A stretch of 64,000 bases of DNA, from contig NC_043002.1 of assembly GCF_006345805.1 (NCBI RefSeq), forward strand, positions 40,238,001 through 40,302,000, in the 5' to 3' direction. The notes beneath the pieces were generated by a model. It was given only the letters and a program-made list of their open reading frames with translations. It had not been told where the DNA came from and did no database searches. Shown piece after piece: positions 11,174-23,530 of this stretch. The position numbers and the translations under genes were made by a program. How positions within the stretch are numbered: the first letter of the stretch is position 1; every line of letters begins with the position of its first letter. This stretch comes from Octopus sinensis (Eukaryota).

Positions 11174-12364
11174 CAACTGTATTTATTTCTTGACCGCTGT
11201 TTTATTTTATCAATACCCGGAAAGATAAAATTCGACCTTGGTGGGATTTGAACTCAAAACGTAAAGGGACACAACTATATAATCACAGTGATATTGCTGC
11301 AGTGTGTTTGCAGGTAGATAAAGACCATATTTTCAGTGAAACCTTCTATAGTGGTATTTTTGTTTTAAATTTATTCTTATCGTAGTAACCATTATGATAC
11401 GCATACTATTGTATGAAAATTGTGTGCTTGCAAACGACTGGGTCTGTGTAAGGTGACTACTATTCCGATGAAGTAGTACGTCTACTGAAAGTTATTGCAT
11501 TAAAACACTTCTAAGTATTTCGACAAGCCTACCAAGGAGTTTCTACTCCAGACATAGGGGACTTACCAGACAAGTACATATCCGAAATTATTAGATGTTG
11601 CTAATCATAAATCGGGTGACGACACTAACATAATCATTTAACAAGCATAACACATAATACAGAGTTGTAAATCGGTGAATTATATAACTCGTTGATATTA
11701 TTAGAGGTAAGAATGTTAGCTAAAAATGCGTACAATTTCTGTTTTATTTTGCATCCATTTTGTGAGAATTAAGGGCACCTGTTATCCTCGCGGGCCTTCG
11801 ACTTTTATATTTCAGCAGTAAGTAAGGAAACAGAATTAAAAGAAAATGTTTTTAAAAATGTCAAAATTTCAATCGGATTTTATTTGAATAAATCTTTAGA
11901 TCCGGCAGTTTTAAATTTGGAACCCCATTTTCACACGAAATACTTAACAGTGATGTGGAAAAAACAGTAGTAACTGCTTTCAGCTGAGCAATCTATCAAA
12001 TAATGACATTGGAATATTTCCTGCACTTAACTATATGCTCTTTATGCTGAAGGTACTCTTGGGGGAATTTTCCACTGTTAAAACTTTTCGGCATTGGCTA
12101 ACAACAATAAGTTTTTTTTTCAATTGAGCAGCCTAAGAACATTAGATTATGTTACAAAATTTTTATATAAAAGTGTCATTCAGAAAGTCCAAAAGTGCTG
12201 CATTCAGCAGGGTGCAACAGGTTGCCTATGCTTGCTCAAATTGTTAAGGAAAGTCTGAGATAGGCACTATATGATCAGAGCTGGAACTCAGCAACAACGT
12301 CAGTTCATGCATGCTTATGTAAGCATACAAAAGAAGAGAGGTTTCTGAAATTATAGTAATATCT

Positions 12365-12615
12365 TGTTCAAGCCCACAGGTTCATAAGACTAGAACTTAT
12401 CAAGGTTTCCTTGGTATTTAAATGAACGATATTACAAGACTCCACTCTGAATGAGATGTCTTTCCATTGCAGAATTATCCTCGAGCTACTCTTGATTCTC
12501 ATTTCCAGTCGAATGGACTAGATCAACATAAAATGATGTGCCTTATTCAAGGACATGATGTGTTGCCTAGTCTGAGAGTCAAACCCACAATATGATTGTA
12601 AGACTAACCCTAACT
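12365..12615 (-). mobile_element. Old SINE remnant (third family)
   Basis: Reverse strand has a degenerate GGGTTTGACTCTC box-B-like head and CCTTGAATAAGGCAC body motif. Confidence 0.45.
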
Positions 12616-13399
12616 TTCATCTGATTGATATAACTGAAGTATTTACTGGTTCTACACATGCTTGTAATTAATAGAATATTCTTGTTTGGTTGATGCAGTG
12701 AATACTACTCCATGTTCATATTTTTGTAGGAGAACTGTATTTAAACTTTGAGTATCAACTTCAAATAGCGATCTGGGGAAGCTGGCTGGGGAATTAGCAG
12801 TTTAATTGTGAGGAGTATGGCTGATCTGAAGATCATCTATGATGCTGCAACAGTGATAATAATGTCTTATAAAGTAGCAAATTTGGGGATAGGGGTATAT
12901 TCGATTTAGTCAATCTCACAATTTAAATGGCACTAATTTTTATCATTTCAGAAGGAAATTTTCTAGAAGTTGATTCCAATGGAATTTGAACACAGAACTA
13001 AATACCACAATCTTTCTGTCAATTGATTGTGTTACTCACATCCTCATAATAATTATGGTAATGATTTCTAACAAATCCACAAGACCTCAAATTTTGTATG
13101 GGCACCAATTATAGAAAGCTGAAGAAATTTTCTTCTAAAAGACAGATTAATTTACAAGATGCGGTGCTTATTCTGAAACTTCTTCATCAATTGAATCAAC
13201 TATTGGACTGTATCTTATCACCACAACTCTAAAAGGATGAAAGATCAAGTTACATCCATTCCTCCTGCTAATAATAAAACTTGCAGATTTGATATGTATG
13301 TTGTACTATAGACTGTCTACAACAGTCTCATAATCATATAAAAATCTGAGATAGGTAAAATTTTACAAGAAATTTTGTATATGTCTTGTTTTCTGACAG

Positions 13400-13915
13400 A
13401 ATAATGTCTGAAATTTGTGTCATTGCAAGAGGTGTGAAAACTGTTTACAAGTGGAAAATCAGGGAATTTTTGATATTGTTTTGCTGTTACTCTTCACTCG
13501 TTTATTAAAAAAAAATTATAAATTAAAAAAAAAATAAAATAAATATATTTTTTCCAATCTTGGGTTGTCAAATGTCTTTATTCCTCTTTATTTATAGATT
13601 TGACTTTCAATAGTTTAAATAAGTTAAAATATTTAAAAGAATCCCAACAGACTGATGGGCAACTCTTTAGAAAGAATTGGTAATCATCATCATCCAGGTC
13701 AAGTGATTTACTTGAACCAATATAACTCTTCTGTGAGAGGTGTGAGGTGTCCCAATTGAGTGATGAAGCATGAATGTCTGGCCAGAGTTTTAGTCATTTT
13801 GTTCTTTCGCTAGCTGAAATGTCTCCTCTATGTATATCATGATTATGTATGATAGCAGTAGTTTATTGATCCAGTCTATTGAAAGTTTTGTGTCTGTTTA
13901 TCTACTCAGCATCGG
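13400..13915 (+). CDS. Possible spliced coding exons of an unidentified gene (13404-13431, 13598-13679, 13875-13915)
   Basis: Three GT-AG bounded, phase-compatible open segments give MSEICVIAR/DLTFNSLNKLKYLKESQQTDGQLFRKN/CLLKVLCLFIYSAS; strong polypyrimidine acceptor at 13597; protein not recognised. Confidence 0.27.
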
Positions 13916-14429
13916 GTAATATTCGCCATTGACTCAATAAATTCATCTGTCAAAATACTTCACATCTATTATGCTGCGTCCTATGATTTCAATATACCCT
14001 GGGTTACATGCTATTTAACCCTTAGCTGGGACCCTAACAAGTGCTGCTACTCCAAATCAAAGTAAACCTAGGAAGTGGCTAAGAGATGGCCCCACACTCC
14101 TTAAAACTCTGGAACTCTTGAACCAGTGTCCCACTACCAGATTCAGTTTAGAGTCATAGAATTTGTCTCTTTCATAATTGAATTTTTCAATAATAATTTC
14201 TTAAATAGTCATGAATCCCAATAATTTTCATCAAAACAACACGAGGGTAAGGTTTTGGTGTTATGTACATTCTTTATATATCCATCAGCAGATCTGTGGT
14301 TTGGGTGCATGTTAAACCAACTTCTTGCATACTATATGTCTTGGTCAGAGCAAATATGGAGTTCCATGAAAACTATTTCTAATATCAATTTCTGACACAA
14401 TTTTGACTCACAACAGGATAAAACAATTT

Positions 14430-16250
14430 CTATCTCGGCCTATACCCCTCAGCCGGAGCTACCTGATGGACAGAAAGACTGATTTTATGACACCTTCTTG
14501 CAGACTACCTTGTTGACGAATGACAGGGACCTTCTCTTTGTGGCTGGTGACTTCAATGGACATGTTGGACAACATGCAGGGGGGTTCCATAGCGTAAATG
14601 GAGGCTATGGTTTTTGTTCCTGCAATGAGGAGGGAACCAGGCTGCTGGAGTTCTGCAATACAAATGATCTTATGGTTTGCAATACTAACTTCAGGAAACC
14701 TACCAATTACCTTGTCACCTACCGATCTGGTAGATACACTAGCCAAATTGACTACATCCTCGCCAAAAACTAGAGGAAAAGTTTTAGGTGTGGAAGCAAG
14801 GATTAGAATCAAAGGGCCTTAGAGTTAGCCTAGCTAAAACCAAAGTTTTAATAAGTAGGAAGGCAGACAAACCACAAATTCCTTCAGGTAGATGATCCTA
14901 CTCAATCTGCAGAAAAGGCATTGGTAGAAACTCTATAAGATGTACCCAGTGTAAGCTATGGACACATAAGAGGTGCAGCAATATCAAAGGAAGGGTAAAT
15001 GGGAAGATAGTTTTTGTATATGGCAAATGCTCAGGTGCTATAAACACTGAAAATGTGCAGAGAACAGCTTCTGTCACATTCCAGGGAGAAAACCTACAAG
15101 TAGTTGATAGCTTCCATTACCTAGGCAACCAAGTCAGTAGCAGAGGTAGATGTTTTGAAAGTGTAGCTGCTAAAATAAGAATAGCCTGGGCAAAATTCAG
15201 AGAGCTCCTACCTCGGCTGGTGACAAAGGGCCTCTCGCTCAGAGTAAAAGGTAGACTGTATGATGTATGTGTATGAACAGCCATGCTACATGGCAGTGAA
15301 ACATGGGCTGTGACTGCTGAGGACATACATAAGCTTGCAAGGAATGAAGCCAGTATGCTTCACTGGATGTGTAATGTCAGTGTGCATACATGACAGAGTG
15401 GAAGCGCCTTGAGAAAAAAGTTGGATTTAAGAAGCATCCGATGTGGTGTGCAAGAGAGACACCTGCACTGGTATGGTCATGTGTTGCGAATGAATGAGGA
15501 CAGCTGTGTGAAAAAGTGTCACACCCTAGCAGTTGAGGGAACCTATGGAAGAGGAAGACCTAAGCACAACCTTCGAACATTGGGCCTTACCATGGCAATA
15601 ACTAGTGACCAAGACCTTTGGAGATATGCTATGCTTGAGAAGACCTGACAAGCCAAGTGAGACCATATCTCATAGCCTATGCTAGTGGGTGTAACCTCTT
15701 ATGAGTACCCCTCATTCACTGGACAATAAACTTTGCTTGCAAAGACCTTTTGAGGCAAGTGAAATCAAAATCACTGACATGGCCGATGATAGTACCGCCT
15801 GATTGGCACTCATGCCAGTGGAATGTTAAAAGCACCATCTGAGCTTGATCGTTGCCAGGGCCGCTGATTGGCTCCCGTGCCGGTGTCACATAAAAAGCAC
15901 CATTCAGGCATGATCATAGCCATCATCACCTTACTGGCACATGAAAAACACCATTTGAGCGAGGTCATTGCCAGTGCCTCCGGACTGGCTCCCATGCAGG
16001 TAGCATGTAAAAAGCACCTTTAGAGTGTGGTCATTGCCAGAACCACCTGACTGGCCCTCATGCCGGTGGCACATAAAAGCACCCACTACATTCTCAGAGT
16101 GGTTGGCATTAGTAAGGGCATCCAGCTGTAGAAACTTTGCCAGATCAGATTGGAGCCCGGTGCAGCCTTCTGGCTCACCAGTCCTCAGTCAAACTGTCCA
16201 ACCCATGCCAGCATGGAAAGTGGGCTTTAAACGACAAGGATGATGATGAT
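14430..16250 (+). mobile_element. RTE LINE with large internal deletion (endonuclease part joined to post-RT part), 3'UTR array and (GAT)n tail
   Basis: APE motifs VAGDFNGHVG, GTRLLEFC and SQIDYIL (14498-14773) join directly to EKF.VWKQGLESKGLRVSL near 14775; PHD region, C-terminus, ~60-bp UTR repeats and tail follow; several stops. Confidence 0.9.
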
Positions 16251-16329
16251 GAATTTACTATGGTATTCTATCACTTGCACTCCAACGTCCATCCATGAAA
16301 CCAGATTTTCTCTCATATCATACACTAGA

Positions 16330-17500
16330 AGTCTCTTTCACTTGAGAACTTTGGGGAAAGTATTGTTATTGCTCCTAACATAAGCAAAGCCTTTGAATAT
16401 ATTTGGCATGAAAGCATCTTAATCAGATTGTTCCATTGCATTGTGCACTGGTAGGACTCTCTCTGACCATGCTATCAATTGTGAACTAACACAAATTTTC
16501 CTTGTTTCTTATACTTGGCCTATACAGTAACAGCAAACATGCTGTTACTTGTAACCATACAGACTTCTCTGAAGATGATACTATGCTTCACACTTTCCTG
16601 TAATTCAGATTTTGATTACATCTGTGTAGAGAAACCTTCAAAACATCCTCCAAAAGGGCAGACATGGCACCCTAGTCTCCTTTAACAGCACTAAGATTCC
16701 ATCTTTTTACAAAAAGGAACTCTTACTCTCGTAAATGTATACAAATATACTGTTTAGCCCAGGTCACCCTTATCAAACAGACCCATGGCTGTCTGGGTAT
16801 TTTTGTTTTCTCTGTCCTGTCTGTTTTTTTGTTGTTGTTTTTTTTTTCCCGAACTTTCTAGTAGTTTCCATTGTCTACTTAGTCCAAGCACAACAGCTGT
16901 TCCTCTTTATTTACCATTTATTGTGGTTTTGGTGATGAATAAAGTTATTGATACCACTACTGCTATTTTTGTGTAATTTTTCATGAACAACCTGCAACTA
17001 AACCCTTCAAAGTTACTACAAATGCTAGATATCACAATCTTTCATATAACATTACCCAAAAATACATTTCAAAGACTTGGCTACCTTTTTAGAGTCAAGA
17101 GATACGGTGACCTTGATCAGCTACTGAGACTCCACAGATTAAAGTACTACTTCCTATCTTGGACAGTGTTCTACTACACATGCAAACATACTAAACTACT
17201 GAGTGGTATGAACTCACTCAAAAACATTCTACAATAAAAAAAGAACGAGCATGTTTTTTTAGTCTTTCTTTTCTACTTCTTCTACAAAGATTTTTACCCC
17301 TTAAAACTTAAGAAGTTGTCCACTCTACTACTGTCATTTGATCATTCGTGCAACACTGGATTCTTTCCCTGCCTATCTTTTTCCTACTGAGGATTATGTT
17401 AATCATCACATACATTATTCTGGCCATTCCAAGCGATACTACATAAATACTATCGACCAGATTATAAAAATAAGTGTTGGAATCTCTGGACAAATGAAGA
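16330..17500 (+). mobile_element. Highly degenerate L2/CR1-group LINE
   Basis: LENFGESIVIAPNISKAFEYIWH (LDISKAFDRVWH-like) at 16340-16410; later pieces resemble the group's C-terminus and 3' end; interrupted by another repeat. Confidence 0.5.
16805..16980. repeat. Dispersed repeat, homologous to 19045-19215
   Basis: Shared TTTTCTCTGTCCTGTCTGTTTTTT...GCACAACAG.TGTTCCT.TTTAT.TACCATTTATTGT.GTTT.GG.GATGAATAAAGTTATTGATA..CTACTGCTATTTTTG. Confidence 0.65.
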
Positions 17501-19044
17501 TCAATTGAAAGAACATCGTCTCAAGTGTAAAGGGAGGTAATTATATGCGATCCAATTTCCTAACTAAACTGATTTATCTTATAAGGGTATCATGAGAATT
17601 CTGGCGTCTTTTTTTGATTGTTAATTCAAGTAAAAAGGCTCCACCCGTAACCTTTGCAGGAAAAGGAGGAGGAAACTACAATTCATGAAGCCCTACTAAC
17701 TAGTACTTGAATTACTACTTATAGCCTAGCTAGTAATTAATATTCATGAGTGAGCCCACCAACAAATAGAACAACATCCCAAAATATTGCTTATGGAGCC
17801 AAGCCCCTTATATCTGGTGGCAGGCTTTCACTGGAAAATTACTTCTATGTATAAGCTGTAACATACAGTGACATTCTGCTAGTGATGGTGCAGTAAGAAG
17901 CTGTGTCTCAATACACTGAGTTTATCATTGAAATGGAATAATTTATCTCAATATTATATTTAATACTACAAGGATCATAGTGTTCAACAACAGAGGCAAA
18001 AAAAATCATTAGTTGATTCCTATTTGTGTTTTTTAACACTTTTATTCTATCAAAAGGTAGAAAAAATGCCAGGAGTTGGAACATTTACTATAAAAATAGA
18101 ATTTTTCAGGATTTAATTATTAACATCTAATGAATAGGTCTTCTGTATTTCTATAATTATATTTTTTAAATGGTCATGTCTTAGTTGCTCACTCACTACA
18201 GACTGTTTTTCTCTATATCCTAGATAGAGAAGTAGTTCTGTTGCTACATTTTGCAGATCTGTAAATATACTCTTTGATTGAAGAAGAAATGGTGTTATCA
18301 CTTTTCATTGTCTACATTTATTACAGCAAGGATGAGTTGTTATCAAGCACTTTATTGGTCTTTTAAATATATCTTTTCAGCTAATGTTGGAACAAGACCA
18401 AATTCATATTCAAACACAAAGAAAACATGAGCTAACCATCACCTGCTAGTTACCTTGACATTTATCAACCACATCAGCTTCAGCTTTTGTTTTGTCATAA
18501 AAAAATATCTCTGCTTTTTGTACTAAGTTGGTTTCTGTTCATATTTGAAGGTCAGGAAGGGTACTACTCAAAACAATGCCATTATTTGATGTAGTGAAGA
18601 CCACACTAATTTCTCTTGCATGTTTGAAAACTTCAGTAGCTTTTATGCCTTGCTTCTTGAGGAAGATATCTGTGGTTTGGATGGATTGTGCAACCATGCT
18701 AGTGTTTTTTTCTGTGATGGTATTAAATGAGTATTACTGGTAGCACTGTAACTTTACTTAAATACTGAACTCAAAAACAGCAACATTTCAAAGATAAATC
18801 TCAAAATTAAAAACCGCTGTAAACCACCTTTCAACTGCTTTAACAAGAAAAGTTGGAAATTCGAATAAATCTTTAAAATTTCTGAATGCAAAAATGTATA
18901 CAAATGTATTAATTAGCTGCAGTCACCCACAATAAAACAGACCCATAGCACTTGGGAAGTCAATTGAATGTCTTAATATAATTTTCAGATCTATTGCTGT
19001 AAACAGTCTATTCTTCTGCCTGTGCACCCAACATGCATATATAT

Positions 19045-19215
19045 TTTTTTTCTCTGTCCTGTCTGTTTTTTGTATATTAGAAGGTTCTAATAATTTTCAT
19101 AGTCTACTCAGCTGAAGCACAACAGTTGTTCCTTTTTATATACCATTTATTGTAGTTTGGGAGATGAATAAAGTTATTGATATTGCTACTGCTATTTTTG
19201 CAAGTGTAATTTTTA
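19045..19215. repeat. Dispersed repeat, homologous to 16805-16980
   Basis: Direct pairwise similarity with 16805-16980. Confidence 0.65.
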
Positions 19216-19560
19216 TAGTTGTCTTGACTGAGTGTTATAGATAATGCTTTCAGGATGATATAAGTGTGGTTGTACATATAGTAGAAAGAACTAGGATGGT
19301 TGGAGTTTGCAAAAGCAATAACAAATTTTGCCAATCACAATATGTCACGTACTCATTGGTATATGTTTGAAAGTGGGTAAAATTTAATTTTTACAATAAT
19401 CCAAAATTTATTGCTTACAAATAAATTATAATGCTTCCTACTGATGAGTTCCAATAAATTGAAATCACACAATATGGGAATTCCAGTGCTCATGAGAGAC
19501 AAATTTTGTCTGCAATGACCTATATGTGTGCTTTTATGCACCAATTACCTATATGAAAGT

Positions 19561-19790
19561 GGAGGCACATAGCCTAGTGGTTAGAGCTCGGACAGGCGGT
19601 TGAGGGATAGTGGGTTCAAATTTCAGACAGTGAGTGTGTTTATGAGCGAAACACCTAAGCTCCACGCATCTAGCAGCTCACCTGAGATGGACCAGCGTCC
19701 CGTCCAGGAGGGGAACTTATACATCAATGGAACCAGGAAAACCAGCCCTTATGAGCAAGGCATGGCTCGAGAAGGAACAACACAACACCT
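19561..19790 (+). mobile_element. tRNA-derived SINE with V-domain-like core
   Basis: Head GGAGGCACATAGCCTAGTGGTTAGAGC..GGGTTCAAATTTC (boxes A and B); core GATGGACCAGCGTCCCGTCCAGGAG resembles the V-SINE motif GATGGACTGGCGTCCCGTCCAGGG. Confidence 0.65.
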
Positions 19791-21015
19791 ATATGAAAGG
19801 ATCTCTCAAGGCTAGTAATACAATATTCAGTGTTTCAAGGTATCCATGTTTAGTTGGATATAAAGATTACCTTTTTGCTATTGATACTGCTTCTGTCACT
19901 AATAATTAATTTATAATGCTTTGTTTTTGTTTGAATATAAAATGTCTAGTAATCCTAAACAGGTTGTTGGAATACTATAAAAGACATAGTATGTCGGTTA
20001 CAAAACTGTTCTCAGAGTTACTGACTACTGCCAGAAACCATTAATTAATGAGAGGTCTGTATGGTCATACGACCTGCTAGAATTAGCAGCCAAATCTTCT
20101 TCATATCATACCTCTACTGCCTTTAAAAATGAGGACATATATGTTAATGTATTCACAGGTACACTATATATGAAAATTTAAGAAAGAAACAGGATGGTAA
20201 TGGTGTTAACAAATTTGATCAAAGAGTTACTAAATCAAGGGTGACTATAGTCTACTGCTTATTTAGATGATAATAAGTTGAAGAGAAAAACTATAGGTGA
20301 AAGAACTATAGCAAACTTTTATTCTGGGAACAATATTCCAGTCATTTATATTGTGTTGCTGTATTTTCTGGCATACAATTCAATGTAGTATATAATATAA
20401 ATATGTAGTGTAAACATGACAACATTGTCACTATCTTACCAAATCCTGCTACATTTCGCATGGAATTCTTGGCCCTCTAAAGTCATCTTGGTGCATAAAT
20501 TAACCTACCTTTTTTGGTTGAAAATTTTGATCTGAAAAATTTGACTTATATGCCTGGAATTTTCTTTAACTAAAAGGAAAAAATTGTAATTCATACAAGA
20601 ATTGCAAGTGATCTGGTTGTACATCACACAAGCCAAGATCATAATTGGATAGGTTTTTCTACCTCCATAAAGATCTTCCTCATGAAAACTAATGATGAGC
20701 CATACTTTGAGGCATTGCTCCTTCTCTGTACACAGCACAAATTCATGCATGCATGGGTTAGACAGATTTTTCTACAGTCTGATGACCTTCCGGTCATCAA
20801 CGCACTCATCTGCTTCCAAGTAAGGTAACAATTCCTCACGACCAAATATGTTTTCACAGAAGATAGGAAATGAAAGATATTTGTACAATAGTGACACTCA
20901 TTACAGCTATCACATAAAGTCAAGGCAAGGACAGAGTAATATACACACACATGCACACGCACACACACATGTGTGTGTATATATATATACACACACACAC
21001 ATATATATATGTCAT

Positions 21016-21462
21016 AATAAGCAACAGGATATCAAGTAGTAATGCAGTATGACCGTTTCAAGTGATTCCATTTAATTGAACGTTGTAATCCATACATCAA
21101 TTTAAATGCAGTGCTATCTTCAGCTGCACAAAAAAAAATATATATGGAATTTCAACAGGTAGGACACAATAATATAATTTTTCTTAAATATTTTAACAGA
21201 GTAAGGAGATGGAAGAAATTCATGTTGTCGCTATTGTAGCAAAAGTGGTTACAATAGCAACATGAATTTCTTCCATCTTATTCTGTTAAAATATTTAAGA
21301 AAAATTATATTAATGTGTCCTACTTCTTAAAATTCCATATATTTATTTATGCAGCTGAAGATGGCACTACATTTAAACTGATGTAATGATTACATTGTTC
21401 AATTAAGTGGAGCCACTTGAAACAATCATACTGCATTATTACTTGATATTCTGTTGCTTATT
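21016..21462. repeat. 447-bp imperfect palindrome (fold-back/MITE)
   Basis: Arms of ~220 nt from AATAAGCAACAGGATATCAAGTAG to ACTTGATATTCTGTTGCTTATT; 7-nt loop AAAAGTG at 21241-21247. Confidence 0.9.
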
Positions 21463-21774
21463 TTGATTTTATTCACTTTATATCGAGCTGTGCGGATAAT
21501 ACCGGATTGACTTGGTGCTCCAACTTAAGTACCTAATTCAACTGAATTTTAATTATTTACACACACACACACACACACATATATATATTTAAAAGTCTTT
21601 GTGAAAATTACTTGACACAGTTTTACTAAGTATAAAAAAGGTTTTTTAATTAATTTTTTAAAAAAAGGTTGTAAATTCTTTATCAGAGAGTCACTAACCT
21701 TTTTTGAAGAAGTTTCTTTCTAATGTGTATGGTTATCTTTTCAAACACACATGTTTGATATATATATATATATG

Positions 21775-21930
21775 ATCTCAAGATTAATCAGCTGAAATTG
21801 CGAGGATAATCCGGTTCTTGACTGAAGATTAGAGGCTTCGAATGACCCGTCCGTTTTTTGTGTCATCTATTTGAGTGTTTTGCGTTCTTGTCCCAATTTG
21901 TATTTTTATATATATTTCTTATACATATAT
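21775..21930 (+). repeat. Dispersed element family X, copy 2
   Basis: Homologous to 128-262. Confidence 0.7.
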
Positions 21931-21966
21931 TATTGCGGCGTAACGTAGATCTTGTTCTCTTATATA

Positions 21967-22125
21967 GGAGTGGCTGTGTGGTAAGTAGCTTGCTAACCAA
22001 CCACATGGTTCCGGGTTCAGTCCCACTGCGTGGCATCTTGGGCAAGTGTCTTCTGCTATAGCCCCGGGCCAACCAATGCCTTGTGAGTGGATTTGGTAGA
22101 CGGAAACTGAAAGAAGCCTGTCGTA

Positions 22126-22190
<65 letters not shown>

Positions 22191-22408
22191 TTGTGTGTCT
22201 GTGTTTGTTCCCCTAGCATTGCTTGACAACCGATACTGGTGTGTTTACGTCCCCGTCACTTAGCGGTTCGGCAAAAAGAGACCGATAGAATAAGTACTGG
22301 GCTTACAAAAAGAATAAGTCCTGGGGTCGAGTTGCTCGACTAAAGGAGGTGCTCCAGCATGGCCGCAGTCAAATGACTGAAACAAATAAAAGAGTAAAGA
22401 GTAAAAGA

Positions 22409-22409
<1 letters not shown>
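21967..22409 (+). mobile_element. SINE family A, full length, young (head - body - internal (TA)n - 3' half - GAGTAAAA tail)
   Basis: GGAGTGGCTGTGTGGTAAG (box A), GGTTCAGTCCC (box B), internal microsatellite 22123-22190, tail ATGACTGAAACAA..AAAAGAGTAAAGAG; CpGs intact. Confidence 0.9.
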
Positions 22410-22477
<68 letters not shown>

Positions 22478-22524
22478 TTATCTTTTACTGGTTTCAGTCA
22501 TTAGACAACTGCCATGCTGGGGAA

Positions 22525-22918
22525 CTCTTTTACTCTTTACTCTTTTACTTGTTTCAGTCATTTGACCGCGGCCATGCTGGAGCACCACCGTTAGTCGAGC
22601 AAATTGACCCCGGGACTTATTCTTTGTAAGCCCAGTACTTATTCTATCGGTCTCTTTTGCCAAACCGCTAAGTGACGGGGACGTAAACACACCATCATCG
22701 GTTGTCAAGCGATGTTGGGGGGACAATCACAGACACACAAACACATACACACACATACATATATATACATACATATATACGACAGGCTTCTTTCAGTTTC
22801 CGTCTACCAAATCCACTCACATGGCATTGGTCGGCTCGGGGCTATAGCAGAAGACACTTGCCCAAGATGCCACGCAGTGGGACTGAACCCGGAACCATGT
22901 GGTTGGTTAGCAAGCTAC
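22525..22918 (-). mobile_element. SINE family A, near full length, inverted relative to 21967-22409
   Basis: Reverse complement of the neighbouring copy; an extra tail fragment lies at 22478-22524. Confidence 0.9.
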
Positions 22919-22959
22919 GAAGAATTTTTTTTTTTAGCTGAATGAGTCAATTCCAGTAC

Positions 22960-23375
22960 TTATTGTTATGTAAAGCCTGGTATTTATTGTATGAGTCTCG
23001 TTTGCCGAATCACAAAGTTAAGGGAGACGTAAACATGCCAACACTGGTTGTTAAGCAGTAGTAGAGACAAAGATACACACACACACACATATGCATGCAT
23101 ACACACATACATACATACATACATACATACATACATACATACATACATACATACATACATACATACATACATACATACATACATACATACAAACAAACAA
23201 ACAAACAAATATACATATATGCGATGGGCTTCTTTCAGTTTCTGTCTACGAAATCCACTCACAAGGCTTTGGTTGGTTCAAGGCTATTGTAGAAGACACC
23301 TGCCTAAGGTACCACACAGTGGGACTGAACCCAGAACCATGTGGTTGGGAAGCAATCTTTTTATCACTCAGCCAC
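22960..23375 (-). mobile_element. SINE family A, older copy with internal (CATA)n
   Basis: Same head, body and 3' half with more substitutions; (CATA)n tract 23105-23190. Confidence 0.8.
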
Positions 23376-23486
23376 ACCAGCAGTATATCAAGTAATACTG
23401 AGAATGTCATATTCGAAGTAGCACTTGAAAATCTAATGTCTGAACAAACCCAAAAATGAATAAATAAATAAAAAGGCTATGCTATA

Positions 23487-23530
23487 CTCTTTTACTTGTT
23501 TCAGTCATTTTGACTGTGGCCATGCTGGAG
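23487..23530 (-). mobile_element. SINE-A-type 3' tail fused to the CR1 3' end
   Basis: CTCCAGCATGGCCACAGTCAAAATGACTGAAACAAGTAAAAGAG matches the SINE A tail. Confidence 0.75.

Larger units (their letters stand above)
10230..11950. promoter_or_regulatory. CpG-retaining region spanning COA4 and a probable second promoter
   Basis: CG dinucleotides are visibly more frequent than in flanking unique DNA; strong donors at 11561-11566 (-, TG|GTAAGT) and 11818-11823 (+, CA|GTAAGT). Confidence 0.45.

Noticed and set aside
12078-12102. AAAACTTTTCGGCATTGGC resembling two joined U4 snRNA segments
   Set aside because: The intervening U4 sequence, Sm site and 5' stem are absent; likely chance
20580-20825. 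~80-codon open frame ending at a CAA|GTAAGG donor
   Set aside because: Unrecognisable peptide, phase-incompatible with the candidate upstream exons, and adjacent to pogo-like terminal motifs; more likely a decayed DNA transposon
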